A DNA stretch of 64,000 bases. Source: Rhodothermales bacterium (GTDB lineage: Bacteria > Bacteroidota > Rhodothermia > Rhodothermales > VXPQ01). The notes under the pieces are model-generated. The model did not search any database and was not told where the DNA came from. It saw only the letters and a list, made by a program, of their open reading frames with translations. A program made the position numbers and the translations under genes. Where the stretch lies: positions 1 to 64,000 of the forward strand of contig JBBDTI010000054.1 of assembly GCA_040904565.1 (NCBI GenBank), written 5' to 3'. Below, in pieces: positions 9,809-19,515 of the stretch (its first letter is position 1; each line of letters starts with the position of its first letter).

Positions 9809-11542
9809 CTAGTATCCGATCGCGCTGCCGTCTTTCCGCCGATCCGCCCCGCCGTGATACACGCCGTGCTCCGCATCCCATATGACGGCCTGGTACCCAC
9901 CGAAGAAATCCGTCGGCGCGATGATATGTCCGCGGTGGGCCAGATCGAGCTGGACCTCTGCCGGGATGCCGCTCTCGAAGGCCACGTTTCCGCCGTGGAC
10001 CATCGTACCTCCCGTCGGCTGCAAGCCGCTCGAATGGCTGAATCGCGCGGCGTCGCCGGCGGCCTGCACGTTCATCCCGAACTCGACCACGTTAAGAAAC
10101 ACCTGAACGTGACCCTGGGGCTGGAACGGACCGCCCATGACGCCGAAGGCCATGAACGGCTCGCCGTCACGCATGGCGAAGGCAGGGATGATGGTATGGA
10201 AGGGACGCTTGCCGGGCTCGTACACGTTGGCATGATCGGGGTCGAGCGAGAACTGGGAGCCGCGGCTCTGAAAGACGAAACCGAGATCGTCGGGCACCAT
10301 CCCGCTCCCGAATTCCAGGAAGTTGCTCTGAATGAGGGAGACCATGTTGCCGTCGCCGTCCGCCACGGTCAAATAGACCGTGTCGCCGTGGCCCAGGGCA
10401 CCGGTATCCACGCGGTCCATGGCCCTGTTCATATCGATCTGCGCGCGCTGGTCCGCGGCATAATCTTTGGATAGAAGCCGCCCGAGGGGGATGTCGGCAA
10501 AATCCGGGTCGGCATAATGAACGGCCCGGTCCGCGAACGCCAGCTTCTTCGCCTCGATGAGCACGTGCAGGTAGTCGGCCGTGTTGTGTCCCATCGACGC
10601 CAGATCGAAGCCTTCTAGAATGTTGAGCATCTGGACGACCGTCAGTCCCTGTCCGTTCGGGGGCAGCTCGTAGACCTCGTACCCGCGATACGTGGTTGAG
10701 ATGGGATCGACCCACGTGCCGGCGTGTGCCTGGAGGTCGGACTTGCGGATGGGGATGCCGGTGCGCCGCGCATACGCGTCGATCGCGTCGGCTATCTCGC
10801 CTTCGTAGAAAGCATCGCGGCCTCCCTCCGCGATGCGTTCGTAGGTGCGTGCCAGGTCCGGATTGCGGAAGATCTCGCCGAAGTCCGCCATGCGGCCGTC
10901 CGTCACGAACGTTTCCTCGAAGTTGTCGAATTCTCCGATAGCCTCCTCGTTCGCCTTCAGACGCTGGTACGCCTGCTGCCAGGAGAAGGCCACGACGTCG
11001 TTCATCGGAACGCCCTCACGGGCATGGTGGATGGCCGGAGCCAGCACGTCTTCCATGGACAGGCTCCCGAATCGATCGTGCAGCTCGTACCAGCCGTTGA
11101 CCGCACCAGGCACGGAGATCGAGAGCGGGCCATAGAGGGGGATCCCTACGGCATCGCCCAATCGCTCCCGCAGATCGTCGTAAGAGAGATGCTGCGACGA
11201 GCGTCCGCTTGCGTTGAGGCCGTGCAGCTCGCCGGATTTCTCGTCCCACACGATGGCGAACAGGTCGCCCCCGATGCCGCTGTTGTTGGACTCGACGAAG
11301 CCGAGGACGGCGTTGGCGGCGATGGCGGCATCCACCGCCGAGCCGCCTTCTTTCAGAATGTCGACGGCTACCTGCGTGGCCACCGGGTGGCTCGTCGAGG
11401 CCATCCCGTTGACGCCGAGAGCCGGGCTGCGAGAGGCGAAGTTGGGACCGTGAATGCGGTCGCCCTGGCCGGACTGGCCCGCGGCCGGAAGCGTGAAGAC
11501 GGCCAGGAGGACGGCCAACGTAATACTGCGCATGGTGGGCAT
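9809..11542 (-). CDS. ggt: Gamma-glutamyltransferase (Ntn hydrolase), exported
   Basis: Motifs GGSAVDAAIA, SGIGGDLF, SVPGAV, autocleavage Thr in GD/TVYLTV, PGKRPFHTIIP, GVMGG, D-R-R-K-DG. Confidence 0.93.
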   Translation of the reverse strand: MPTMRSITLAVLLAVFTLPAAGQSGQGDRIHGPNFASRSPALGVNGMASTSHPVATQVAVDILKEGGSAVDAAIAANAVLGFVESNNSGIGGDLFAIVWDEKSGELHGLNASGRSSQHLSYDDLRERLGDAVGIPLYGPLSISVPGAVNGWYELHDRFGSLSMEDVLAPAIHHAREGVPMNDVVAFSWQQAYQRLKANEEAIGEFDNFEETFVTDGRMADFGEIFRNPDLARTYERIAEGGRDAFYEGEIADAIDAYARRTGIPIRKSDLQAHAGTWVDPISTTYRGYEVYELPPNGQGLTVVQMLNILEGFDLASMGHNTADYLHVLIEAKKLAFADRAVHYADPDFADIPLGRLLSKDYAADQRAQIDMNRAMDRVDTGALGHGDTVYLTVADGDGNMVSLIQSNFLEFGSGMVPDDLGFVFQSRGSQFSLDPDHANVYEPGKRPFHTIIPAFAMRDGEPFMAFGVMGGPFQPQGHVQVFLNVVEFGMNVQAAGDAARFSHSSGLQPTGGTMVHGGNVAFESGIPAEVQLDLAHRGHIIAPTDFFGGYQAVIWDAEHGVYHGGADRRKDGSAIGY

Positions 11543-11815
11543 GTCGTCTTTTCGGAAAGGGTGGTCTCGAAGTCATCGGTAACAGGATAAGGATACGGCG
11601 CGCCGTACGCACGCGCCACGCCAGCGCACGGCGACCAGTTTGACGTGCCACATCCGACATCCGACACCCTGGTGCTCCCCGCATCGGATACGGCGACCCG
11701 AAACAATGTCCGGTTTGCGGTACGTTCACTAACACAGGCGGCTGCCGTTCTGTATGTGGGGCCTGCGGCGGGCTCGTCCCGGCCGCGCGCCTTTCCTTGT
11801 CAGGAGACGATCTCG

Positions 11816-12793
11816 ATGACCATGAAACGACGCCGGTTTCTTTCTACGCTCGCCGCGGCATTTCCGATAGCCGCGGCCTCTACCGCGCGGCCTCGCGCCC
11901 CTTTCGCGTCGCCTGAGGGCTCGCGGGCAGCCGTACCGTCGGCTTCAGCTGATGCGGCGCGGCCGGACGTGCTGACGAAGGCCGTGCCGTCGACGGGCGT
12001 CGAGATTCCCGTGATCGGGATGGGGACGTGGATCACGTTCAACGTGGGAAACGATCCGGAGGCTCGAGCACAGCGTACGGGCGTCGCCCGTGCTTTTTTC
12101 GCGGGGGGCGGCGGGCTTATCGACTCGTCACCCATGTACGGGTCCTCGGAGGCGGTAGTCGGACATGCGCTGACGGAGATCGGCTATCCGGATTCTCTCT
12201 TCTCGGCGACGAAAGTATGGACCTCTTCCGCGAGGGAAGGGCCGGAGCAGGTCGAGCGGTCCGAGCGGTTATGGGGAGTAGACCGGTTCGACCTCCAGCA
12301 AGTCCACAATCTCGTTGCCTGGGAGGATCACCTCCCCATGTTGTTCGAGATGAAGGCCGAAGGACGCGTACGGCACGTCGGCATAACGACGTCACACGGT
12401 CGCCGCCACGGGGAGATGGAGCGGATCATGGAAACCCATCCGATCGATTTCGTCCAGCTTACCTACAACGTCGTCGATCGCCGGGCCGAGGACCGGCTGC
12501 TGCCCCTCGCCCGGGAGCGGGGCATCGCGGTTATCGCCAACCGTCCCTTTCGTGGGGGACCGCTGGTGCGGCGCCTTCAGCAGGAGCCGTTTCCGGCGTG
12601 GGCCCGCGAATTCGACGCGGTGAACTGGCCGCAATTCCTGCTCAAGTTCATCGTCTCCCACCCGGCCCTGACGTGCGCCATTCCGGCGACGACGAAGGTC
12701 GAGCATATGCACGAAAATATGGGGGCCGCGACGGGCAGGCTTCCGGATGCGGAGATGAGAAGCCGGATGCTGGATTACGTAACCGGCCTCTGA
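11816..12793 (+). CDS. Aldo/keto reductase with twin-arginine signal
   Basis: AGGAG RBS, MTMKRRRFLSTLAAA. Catalytic tetrad in IDSSPMYG / ATKV / QVHN, and AIPATTK. Confidence 0.9.
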   Translation: MTMKRRRFLSTLAAAFPIAAASTARPRAPFASPEGSRAAVPSASADAARPDVLTKAVPSTGVEIPVIGMGTWITFNVGNDPEARAQRTGVARAFFAGGGGLIDSSPMYGSSEAVVGHALTEIGYPDSLFSATKVWTSSAREGPEQVERSERLWGVDRFDLQQVHNLVAWEDHLPMLFEMKAEGRVRHVGITTSHGRRHGEMERIMETHPIDFVQLTYNVVDRRAEDRLLPLARERGIAVIANRPFRGGPLVRRLQQEPFPAWAREFDAVNWPQFLLKFIVSHPALTCAIPATTKVEHMHENMGAATGRLPDAEMRSRMLDYVTGL

Positions 12794-12797
12794 AATC

Positions 12798-13526
12798 ATG
12801 CTCGACGAGCTGGGGAGCTACACGGCGTCGGACTTCCTGCTGTTCTCGCGGGAGACCTACTTTCGGACGTTCGAACTGTATAACCAGACGTACTGGCCGC
12901 TGCACCTTCTGACGGCCGCGGCCGGAGGCTTCGTGCTTTACGCGCTGTGGTATCGCCGCGAGGCCGCCGCGGCCCGACTCGCATGGGGCCTTCTGGCCGT
13001 ACTGTGGGCATGGGTCGGCTGGGCGTTTCACCTGGAGCGCTACGCGACGATCAACCTCTCCGCTCCGTACTTCGCGGGACTGTTTGCCTTCGGTGCGCTG
13101 ACGATACTGCTCGCCGGCGTTGCGGCGGGGGCGCCTGGCGAGGGCGAGCGGGAAGCGGGCCATTCCGGCACGACCGCGGGGCCTGCTCCCCGGGCGGGGG
13201 CAGCGCTCCTGGCGTACGCCATCCTCATACACCCACTGAGCGGGTTACTTGCCGGACGCGCGTGGACCGAGCTGTCCGTATTCGGAATGGGTCCGGACCC
13301 GACGGTCATCGGGACGATGGGGGCCGTTCTGGTGCTTGCCTCACGCATCCGCCGGCTCATACTCGCCGTGGCGGTCGCGTGGTGTCTAATCTCCACGCTG
13401 ACGGCTTACGCGATGGGCTCCGTCGAAGGTATAATACCGGCGCTGTCAGCCGTGCTGGTCGTCACGCTATCTTTTTACGACGGACCGCTCCCTCGTCGAA
13501 GGCCTCGTCGACCGAGACGGCTTTGA
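12798..13526 (+). CDS. Membrane protein, DUF6064-like
   Basis: Starts 4 bp after the AKR stop. Motifs YFRTFELYN..WP, WAWVGWAFH..YATIN, FGMGPDPT, and 6-7 TM helices. Confidence 0.75.
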   Translation: MLDELGSYTASDFLLFSRETYFRTFELYNQTYWPLHLLTAAAGGFVLYALWYRREAAAARLAWGLLAVLWAWVGWAFHLERYATINLSAPYFAGLFAFGALTILLAGVAAGAPGEGEREAGHSGTTAGPAPRAGAALLAYAILIHPLSGLLAGRAWTELSVFGMGPDPTVIGTMGAVLVLASRIRRLILAVAVAWCLISTLTAYAMGSVEGIIPALSAVLVVTLSFYDGPLPRRRPRRPRRL

Positions 13527-13662
13527 ATCGCTCTATCGAACGAGATGAAGGATGAGCCGCGATGCCAGGTGCCTCGTACCGGTACGCCGGACGTCCCCTA
13601 CCGGTGCGCCGCTACATCACACCCATCACGACCATTAGTAATAGAAACGGGTATCATTAACC

Positions 13663-14310
13663 ATGCACATCGCCATTGCAGGTGGACACGGACAGATCGC
13701 TATGCTGCTGCACCCGCTGCTCGTCGCCCGCGGACACACGGTAGCCGGACTCATTCGCGACCCCGCTCAGGCGGATGACCTGCGAGACGTGGGGGCGGAG
13801 CCGGTCGTGTGTGATCTCGAAGTCGCTTCGTCAGAGGACATCGCGGAGGCCGTCGGTTCGGCCGATGCCGTCGTTTTTGCGGCCGGCGCAGGTCCGGGAA
13901 GCGGCGCAGCGCGCAAGTGTTCGATGGATCGGGATGGTGCCGTGAAGCTTATCGAGGCGGCTCAGGCAAACGGCATCTCCCGGTATGTGATGATCTCCGC
14001 GATGAACGCGGAGACCCCGCGGGGAAATGAGGTATTCCAGGCCTACCTTCGGGCGAAAGCCGAAGCGGACGCCGCGCTGCGCGAAAGCGGACTCGACTAT
14101 ACCATCGTGCGTCCCGGACGCCTGACCAACGAGGCTGGGCGCGGGCGGGTGGCGATTGGACGAGAACTGCCGCGGGACGACATTCCACGGGCAGACGTGG
14201 CGGCCGTACTCGCTTACGTACTGGATCGCAATGCGGCCGTCGACGTTCAGTTCGACGTCACGTCGGGGGATCGACCTATCCCTGAAGCGATCACATCGGT
14301 AGCGCCGTAG
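13663..14310 (+). CDS. NAD(P)H-binding atypical SDR (NAD_binding_10)
   Basis: Motifs IAGGHGQIA, VFAAGAGPGSG, YLRAKAEAD, TIVRPGRL, IPRADVA. Confidence 0.92.
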   Translation: MHIAIAGGHGQIAMLLHPLLVARGHTVAGLIRDPAQADDLRDVGAEPVVCDLEVASSEDIAEAVGSADAVVFAAGAGPGSGAARKCSMDRDGAVKLIEAAQANGISRYVMISAMNAETPRGNEVFQAYLRAKAEADAALRESGLDYTIVRPGRLTNEAGRGRVAIGRELPRDDIPRADVAAVLAYVLDRNAAVDVQFDVTSGDRPIPEAITSVAP

Positions 14311-14408
14311 GCGCAAGGACGTTGAGAGGATCCTGGCATTACAGATGCGGCGATCCCGGCACTACCTGCCAATGGGCCGACCCCGAGGAGGGTCGACCGG
14401 AGGGGTCG

Positions 14409-14630
14409 TTAGCCCTTGTACCGATACACGATGCGCCCCTTCGAGAGATCGTAGGGCGACATTTCGACGTCGACGCGATCGCCGGGAATGATGCGGATAT
14501 AGAACTTGCGCATCTTACCGGAGAGCAGGCCGAGAATTTCGTGACCGTTGTCGAGCTCCACTCGAAATTGTGCATTGGGAAGCGCCTCAGTGACGACGCC
14601 TTCCTGCTTGATTGGTTCTTGCTTAGCCAT
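14409..14630 (-). CDS. infA: Translation initiation factor IF-1
   Basis: 73 aa [66 protein letters not shown]. Confidence 0.97.
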   Translation of the reverse strand: MAKQEPIKQEGVVTEALPNAQFRVELDNGHEILGLLSGKMRKFYIRIIPGDRVDVEMSPYDLSKGRIVYRYKG

Positions 14631-14857
14631 ATTTGAGTCAGGTTCGTGAGAAGTTGGTTCGATTCCACATAATCTGTCATGCGTACTCCATGATATGACT
14701 TCCACGAGCAGTTGGTCCGGGATGCCGTAAACTATGCCGGATCGTCACGGATAATCCATGTGTCGTGCGGGAATCGTCGTGCAGGGAACCTTCCCTGGAA
14801 GGGAGTGGGTTTGTGCGTGGAGCTGTGTATCCGACGACAGGCTGATCCGTTCGAACA

Positions 14858-15202
14858 ATGAGTTTTCCAAAGCGGTTTGAAGATGATGGCGGGACGGTGA
14901 CGGTGGACCTGCATGGATCTACGGTGCGTGACGCGCTCTACATTGCTCGCCGTTGCGTGCAGGAGGGATATCGCCAGGGCCGCTCCAAGGTCGACGTCAT
15001 TCACGGCGCGTCTACCAGCGGTAGGGAGTCAAGGCGTACGATCAAGACTGCGCTGCTCGATCAGCTTGAGAGAGGCGCCTTCGCGGATTGGTCTTCGGGC
15101 CATACGACGGATGCGTCGGGCGGACGTACCACCGTGTGGTTGAATATCGGACCGAATGCGGATCCGGCACGTATTCGCGTGAACGACGTCGTTCCGCGAT
15201 GA
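14858..15202 (+). CDS. Stand-alone Smr (small MutS-related) domain protein
   Basis: TVDLHGSTVRDA..KVDVIHG..TIK..GRTTVWL, 114 aa. Confidence 0.85.
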   Translation: MSFPKRFEDDGGTVTVDLHGSTVRDALYIARRCVQEGYRQGRSKVDVIHGASTSGRESRRTIKTALLDQLERGAFADWSSGHTTDASGGRTTVWLNIGPNADPARIRVNDVVPR

Positions 15203-16689
15203 AGGATGTGACGGGTCGTCGCGAGGCGGTACGGTTCGCACCTCAAGGGGCGGCCATTCGAACGGTTGAATCAACGCAGGAGACGGGAGGTCGGCACCGA
15301 CGTATGCTTAGCTTGTCTTTTCGGTGCTTGTCTTTTCGGTCCGTACCGTTCCTGTTCGGCGTGCTGTTTCTGGCTGCGACGATCGTTGGAACGCCTGCGG
15401 CGGCGCGGCAGGCGGTAGGGGAGCCCGTTGCGCAGGCCGAAGATGGTGCCGTCTCGTCCGATTCGACACACGTTGACGGTGCCTTGGCGTCCGGCGCGGC
15501 ATCCCGGCCCGATTCACTGCTGGCCGCCCGCCTTCAAGCCATCTTCTCCCATATCGAGGAGTTCACCTCCGTCTCGACGTCCGTCGTCGAAGGGGTCGTT
15601 CGACTGGACGGTACGGTAGATCATCCCGACGCAAGGCGCCGCGTCGAAGAGCTGACGTCGCAGATCGACGGCGTCGTGTACGTCATCAACGACGTGGATG
15701 CATCCACGAGTGTAGAGGCGCGCCTCACGCCGGCCATGGCGAGAGTTCAGGAGTACTGGGACGGCTTCGTCTCGCAGCTGCCCGTGTTCGCCGTCGCCCT
15801 CATCATCGTGCTGCTCTTCTGGGCCGCCGGCCTCTTCGTAGGGAGATGGACCCGTCCGGCTAAATGGACCGGCATCAACCCGCTCCTCTGGGGCTTTGTG
15901 AGCCGGATGGTGCGAGGCGTGCTCGCCGCAGTCGGACTGCTGCTGGCCTTCGACATGCTCGGCATCACGAGTCTGATGGGCGCCGTGCTGGGGACGGCCG
16001 GTATCGTCGGTCTCGCCATCGGGTTCGCTTTTAAGGACATCGTCGAGAATTATCTCGCCGGTATTCTGCTGAGCGTCAGGCGGCCGTTTTCCGTTCGCGA
16101 CCTTATCAAGGTAGGCGAATTCGAGGGACAGGTCGTTCGGCTTACGTCGCGCGAGCTGGTATTGCTGACGTTCGAAGGCAACCACGTCCGTTTACCCAAC
16201 GCGCACGTCTTCAAGAACCCGCTGACGAACTACACCATCAATCCTCGACGGTTGTTCAAATTCGACGTCGGAATCAGCGTCGACGAGGATCTGCAGGAGG
16301 TGATGGCGATCGGTGTGGAAACGCTGGCGGCTATGCGCGGCGTGCTCGAGGATCCTCATCCGTTTGCCCGGGTACGGGAGCTGGGCGAATCGACGGTTAA
16401 CGTGCGTTTCCATGGGTGGGTGGATCAGCGCGAAACCGACTTCATTAAGGCTAGCAGCGAGGCGATTCGCCTCGTAAAGGCGGCTCTGGACGAGGCGGAT
16501 ATCGAGATGCCCGAACCGGTGTATCGCATCATGACGAAAGCATGGCCTGAAAGGGAGAAAGCACCGGGGAAATCCGCGGTCGACGTCGAATCGCAGGCCC
16601 GGCAGATCGACGTTGCGCCCGATGGAAAGCTGGACGAACAGATTCAAGACGACCTGGATGCATCCGACGATGAGAACCTTCTCGAGTGA
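15199..16689 (+). CDS. MscS-family mechanosensitive channel with periplasmic BON domain
   Basis: ATGA overlap with the smr gene (alternative start 15304). BON domain (VEGVVRLDGTV..GVVYVIND) and MscS core GLAIGFAFKDIVENYLAG..RPFSVRD. Confidence 0.9.
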   Translation: MKDVTGRREAVRFAPQGAAIRTVESTQETGGRHRRMLSLSFRCLSFRSVPFLFGVLFLAATIVGTPAAARQAVGEPVAQAEDGAVSSDSTHVDGALASGAASRPDSLLAARLQAIFSHIEEFTSVSTSVVEGVVRLDGTVDHPDARRRVEELTSQIDGVVYVINDVDASTSVEARLTPAMARVQEYWDGFVSQLPVFAVALIIVLLFWAAGLFVGRWTRPAKWTGINPLLWGFVSRMVRGVLAAVGLLLAFDMLGITSLMGAVLGTAGIVGLAIGFAFKDIVENYLAGILLSVRRPFSVRDLIKVGEFEGQVVRLTSRELVLLTFEGNHVRLPNAHVFKNPLTNYTINPRRLFKFDVGISVDEDLQEVMAIGVETLAAMRGVLEDPHPFARVRELGESTVNVRFHGWVDQRETDFIKASSEAIRLVKAALDEADIEMPEPVYRIMTKAWPEREKAPGKSAVDVESQARQIDVAPDGKLDEQIQDDLDASDDENLLE

Positions 16690-16738
16690 GCGGGATCGCC
16701 CAATCGGCGATGACGTGCCGGACGGCGGGCCCACGGCC

Positions 16739-19417
16739 ATGTGGAGCAGGCCGCTGGAGCATCGAGGCTTTCGGCGCGCTCTGCTCGTCGTGTTCTGCGC
16801 GACCGTGCTCTCCGCCGTAGGATCGAGCGGATCCGCGCAGTCGCTTTCCGTTCGTGATGCAGGCCACCCGGGAACGGCCGCCGCCGGACAGTTTGGTGCC
16901 GCCGTCGTCGTGGAGGGCGGCTGGGCTCTGGTTGGCGAGCCGTTCCCGACGTTCCTGTCGGAGAATAGCGTCTTTGCCTATCGGCGCGTCGATGGCGAGT
17001 GGATGCCCGCCGACACGCTTCGAGGTCCGGTTGCCGGCGAGGAGTTCGGTGCATCGCTGGCGCTCGAAGACGGCCGGCTTTTCGTCGGGGCTCCACGGGC
17101 AATGAGCGGGGCGGGCGCCGTGTACGTATTCGAACTCGACGCCGGAAGATGGACGCCCTCCGAGAAGCTGGAGGCCGCCGCTCCCATCGGTAACTCGGAG
17201 TTCGGGACGGCGCTCGACGTCCACGGCGACCTGCTGGTCGTGGGTGCGCCCTTCAAGCACACGGGGAATGCCTACGTCTATCGGCGCCAGGGGGACGGCG
17301 GGTGGGTACAGGACGTGGTACTCGATAACCCTCGGGAGGACGTGGGCCATTTCGGAAGTGCCGTCGCCGTAGCCGGACCGGGCGTGGTCGTCGGGGCGCG
17401 CTACAGCGACAATCAGTCCGGCCGCGCCTATTCTTTCGCCAGGGATGACGCTACGGGCGAGTGGTCCACCGGCGTCGAGTTCGTCGGCAGTGAGGTGGAT
17501 GGAGACGACCGGTTCGGCCACGCGATCGACGGCGAAGGGAATCAGCTCGCCGTAGGGAGTCCGTACGGTTCGACCGTGTATACGTTTGCCTATCAGGAAC
17601 AGACCGGCGTCTGGAAGGAGACCGACCTCTTACGCGATTTTGATGCGGGGTCTTTCTTCGGATGGGACGTGTCGATGGCTGGTGATGAGCTACTGGTCGG
17701 CATCTATGATGATGCTGCACACCTCTACATTCGGAATGGGGATGAAGAGGCATACGCTCTCAGCGAGATACTCGAGGACCCGTCGACATCCGCCGGCAGC
17801 GGGTTCGGCTACAGCGTTTCCCTTGCGGTTGATGCAGCGGCGGCGGGCGCCCGACGAGCGGAAAAGGCCTTCATATATGACCGGACGGGTTCCGGGTGGC
17901 AGCTTGCCGCCACGGCTGCGGGCGGAGCCGAGGGTCTCGGCGTCATCGAGGGGACCGTCACGTGCTCCGGGGGATATGCCTCCCATTTTCCGTGCCGCAG
18001 CGTAGATCTGCTGGCCTTCCTGCCCGCTTCCGAACTGGGGTCGGACGGGGGAGCGAAGCTCAACGACATCTGGGGGTGGACGGACCTGGAGACGGATACC
18101 GAGTACGCGCTGGTCGGCCGGACGGATGGAACGGCGTTCGTGGATCTGAGCGATCCGGAGCGCCCCGTACTCGTGGGCAGCCTGCCCACGGCGGCCGGCG
18201 CCAGTACGTGGCGCGACGTGAAGGTGGTCAACGACCACGCCGTCGTGGTAGCCGATTACGCGGGCGACCACGGCATGCAGGTGTTCGATCTCTCCCAGCT
18301 GCGCGACGTGAGCGATCCGCCGGTGACGTTCGAGCCGACCGCCGTGTACGAGGGTTTCGAGGCGGCGCACAATATCGTGGTGAACGACGATGCAGACTAC
18401 GTTTACGCCGTAGGTATGTCGGGACCGCAAGAGGGTGCCGGATGCGGGCAGGGGCTTCACGTCATCGATATGAGCGATCCCGCGAACCCCGCGTTCGCCG
18501 GGTGCCACAACTCCAGCGTCGACCGCGGCTACACGCACGACGCCCAGTGCGTCTGGTATGATGGGGCGCACGAGAAGTACCGCGGCCGTGACATCTGCTT
18601 CGGTGCGGACGAGAAGGGCCTGTCCATCACGGACGTGACGGACCCGAAGGCGGCGGTTGAGGTGAGTACGATCTCGTATCCGGACGCCGTCTACACGCAC
18701 CAGGCGTGGCTTACGGAGGACCAGCGCTATCTCCTGGTGAACGATGAGCTGGATGAACTTGCCGGCCACGCGAATCGCACGCGGACGCTCATCTTCGACG
18801 TAATCGATCTCGACGTTCCCGTGTACGCAGGATCCTATTTCGGCGAGACGGGCGCCATCGATCACAACCTGTACGTCCGCGGGAATCTCGTCTTCGAGGC
18901 CAATTATACGGCCGGCCTCCGCATCCTGGCTTTCGACGCGGCGAAGGAGCTAACGGACGAGAGTCTGGAGGAGGTCGCCTTCTTCGACGTCTACCCGCGG
19001 GGTGACTTCGTTCGATTCTCCGGCGCGTGGAGCAGCTATCCCTTCTTCGAGAGCGGCATCGTCGTCGTCTCGGGGATCGAAAGCGGGCTGTTCGTACTCC
19101 GGCCCACCCTTCCGACCGACGTGGCGGTCGAAGACGCGCCGGTTTCCGTCACGGAAGCACGCGACGGACTGCGCGCCTATCCGAATCCGGCCGCTTCGTC
19201 CGTCACGGTGGCATTCGAGATGGAGCATTCCGGCCACGTACGCATCGATGTCTACGACCTGCTCGGCCGGCGCGTGCAAACGTTGTTCGACGGCCGTGCG
19301 CCGGCGGGGCGCAGCGAGGTGACCGACGATCTTGGCGGGCTGCCGAATGGCACGTACTTTGTGAGACTGTCGGGCGGTGAGGTTTCTAACACGACCTCGC
19401 TCATCCTCCAGCGCTAG
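16739..19417 (+). CDS. Choice-of-anchor B family protein with FG-GAP repeats and T9SS type A sorting domain
   Basis: FG-GAP repeats (FGASLAL..VGAP). Anchor-B motifs NDIWGWTD, WRDVKV, YTHDAQC, YTHQAWL, DHNLYV, GAWSSYPF. C-terminal YPNP..VYDLLGR..LPNGTYFVRL. Confidence 0.9.
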   Translation: MWSRPLEHRGFRRALLVVFCATVLSAVGSSGSAQSLSVRDAGHPGTAAAGQFGAAVVVEGGWALVGEPFPTFLSENSVFAYRRVDGEWMPADTLRGPVAGEEFGASLALEDGRLFVGAPRAMSGAGAVYVFELDAGRWTPSEKLEAAAPIGNSEFGTALDVHGDLLVVGAPFKHTGNAYVYRRQGDGGWVQDVVLDNPREDVGHFGSAVAVAGPGVVVGARYSDNQSGRAYSFARDDATGEWSTGVEFVGSEVDGDDRFGHAIDGEGNQLAVGSPYGSTVYTFAYQEQTGVWKETDLLRDFDAGSFFGWDVSMAGDELLVGIYDDAAHLYIRNGDEEAYALSEILEDPSTSAGSGFGYSVSLAVDAAAAGARRAEKAFIYDRTGSGWQLAATAAGGAEGLGVIEGTVTCSGGYASHFPCRSVDLLAFLPASELGSDGGAKLNDIWGWTDLETDTEYALVGRTDGTAFVDLSDPERPVLVGSLPTAAGASTWRDVKVVNDHAVVVADYAGDHGMQVFDLSQLRDVSDPPVTFEPTAVYEGFEAAHNIVVNDDADYVYAVGMSGPQEGAGCGQGLHVIDMSDPANPAFAGCHNSSVDRGYTHDAQCVWYDGAHEKYRGRDICFGADEKGLSITDVTDPKAAVEVSTISYPDAVYTHQAWLTEDQRYLLVNDELDELAGHANRTRTLIFDVIDLDVPVYAGSYFGETGAIDHNLYVRGNLVFEANYTAGLRILAFDAAKELTDESLEEVAFFDVYPRGDFVRFSGAWSSYPFFESGIVVVSGIESGLFVLRPTLPTDVAVEDAPVSVTEARDGLRAYPNPAASSVTVAFEMEHSGHVRIDVYDLLGRRVQTLFDGRAPAGRSEVTDDLGGLPNGTYFVRLSGGEVSNTTSLILQR

Positions 19418-19431
19418 CGGGTGCTCGCCTC

Positions 19432-19515
19432 GAATTCCACGTCAAATTCCACCGTGGATACCACTCAGGACACCACTTACGAGTCCAAAGAGGTTTCCAC
19501 GGCGGTTTCCACCGC
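19432..19515. repeat. Degenerate 12-bp tandem repeat (7 units) spanning the recQ stop codon
   Basis: GAATTCCACGTC/AAATTCCACCGT/GGATACCACTCA/GGACACCACTTA/CGAGTCCAAAGA/GGTTTCCACGGC/GGTTTCCACCGC. Confidence 0.7.

Noticed and set aside
14656-14666. GGTTCGATTCC resembling a tRNA T-arm
   Set aside because: The stem pairs for only about 3 bp, and no D-arm, anticodon arm or acceptor stem can be built around it.
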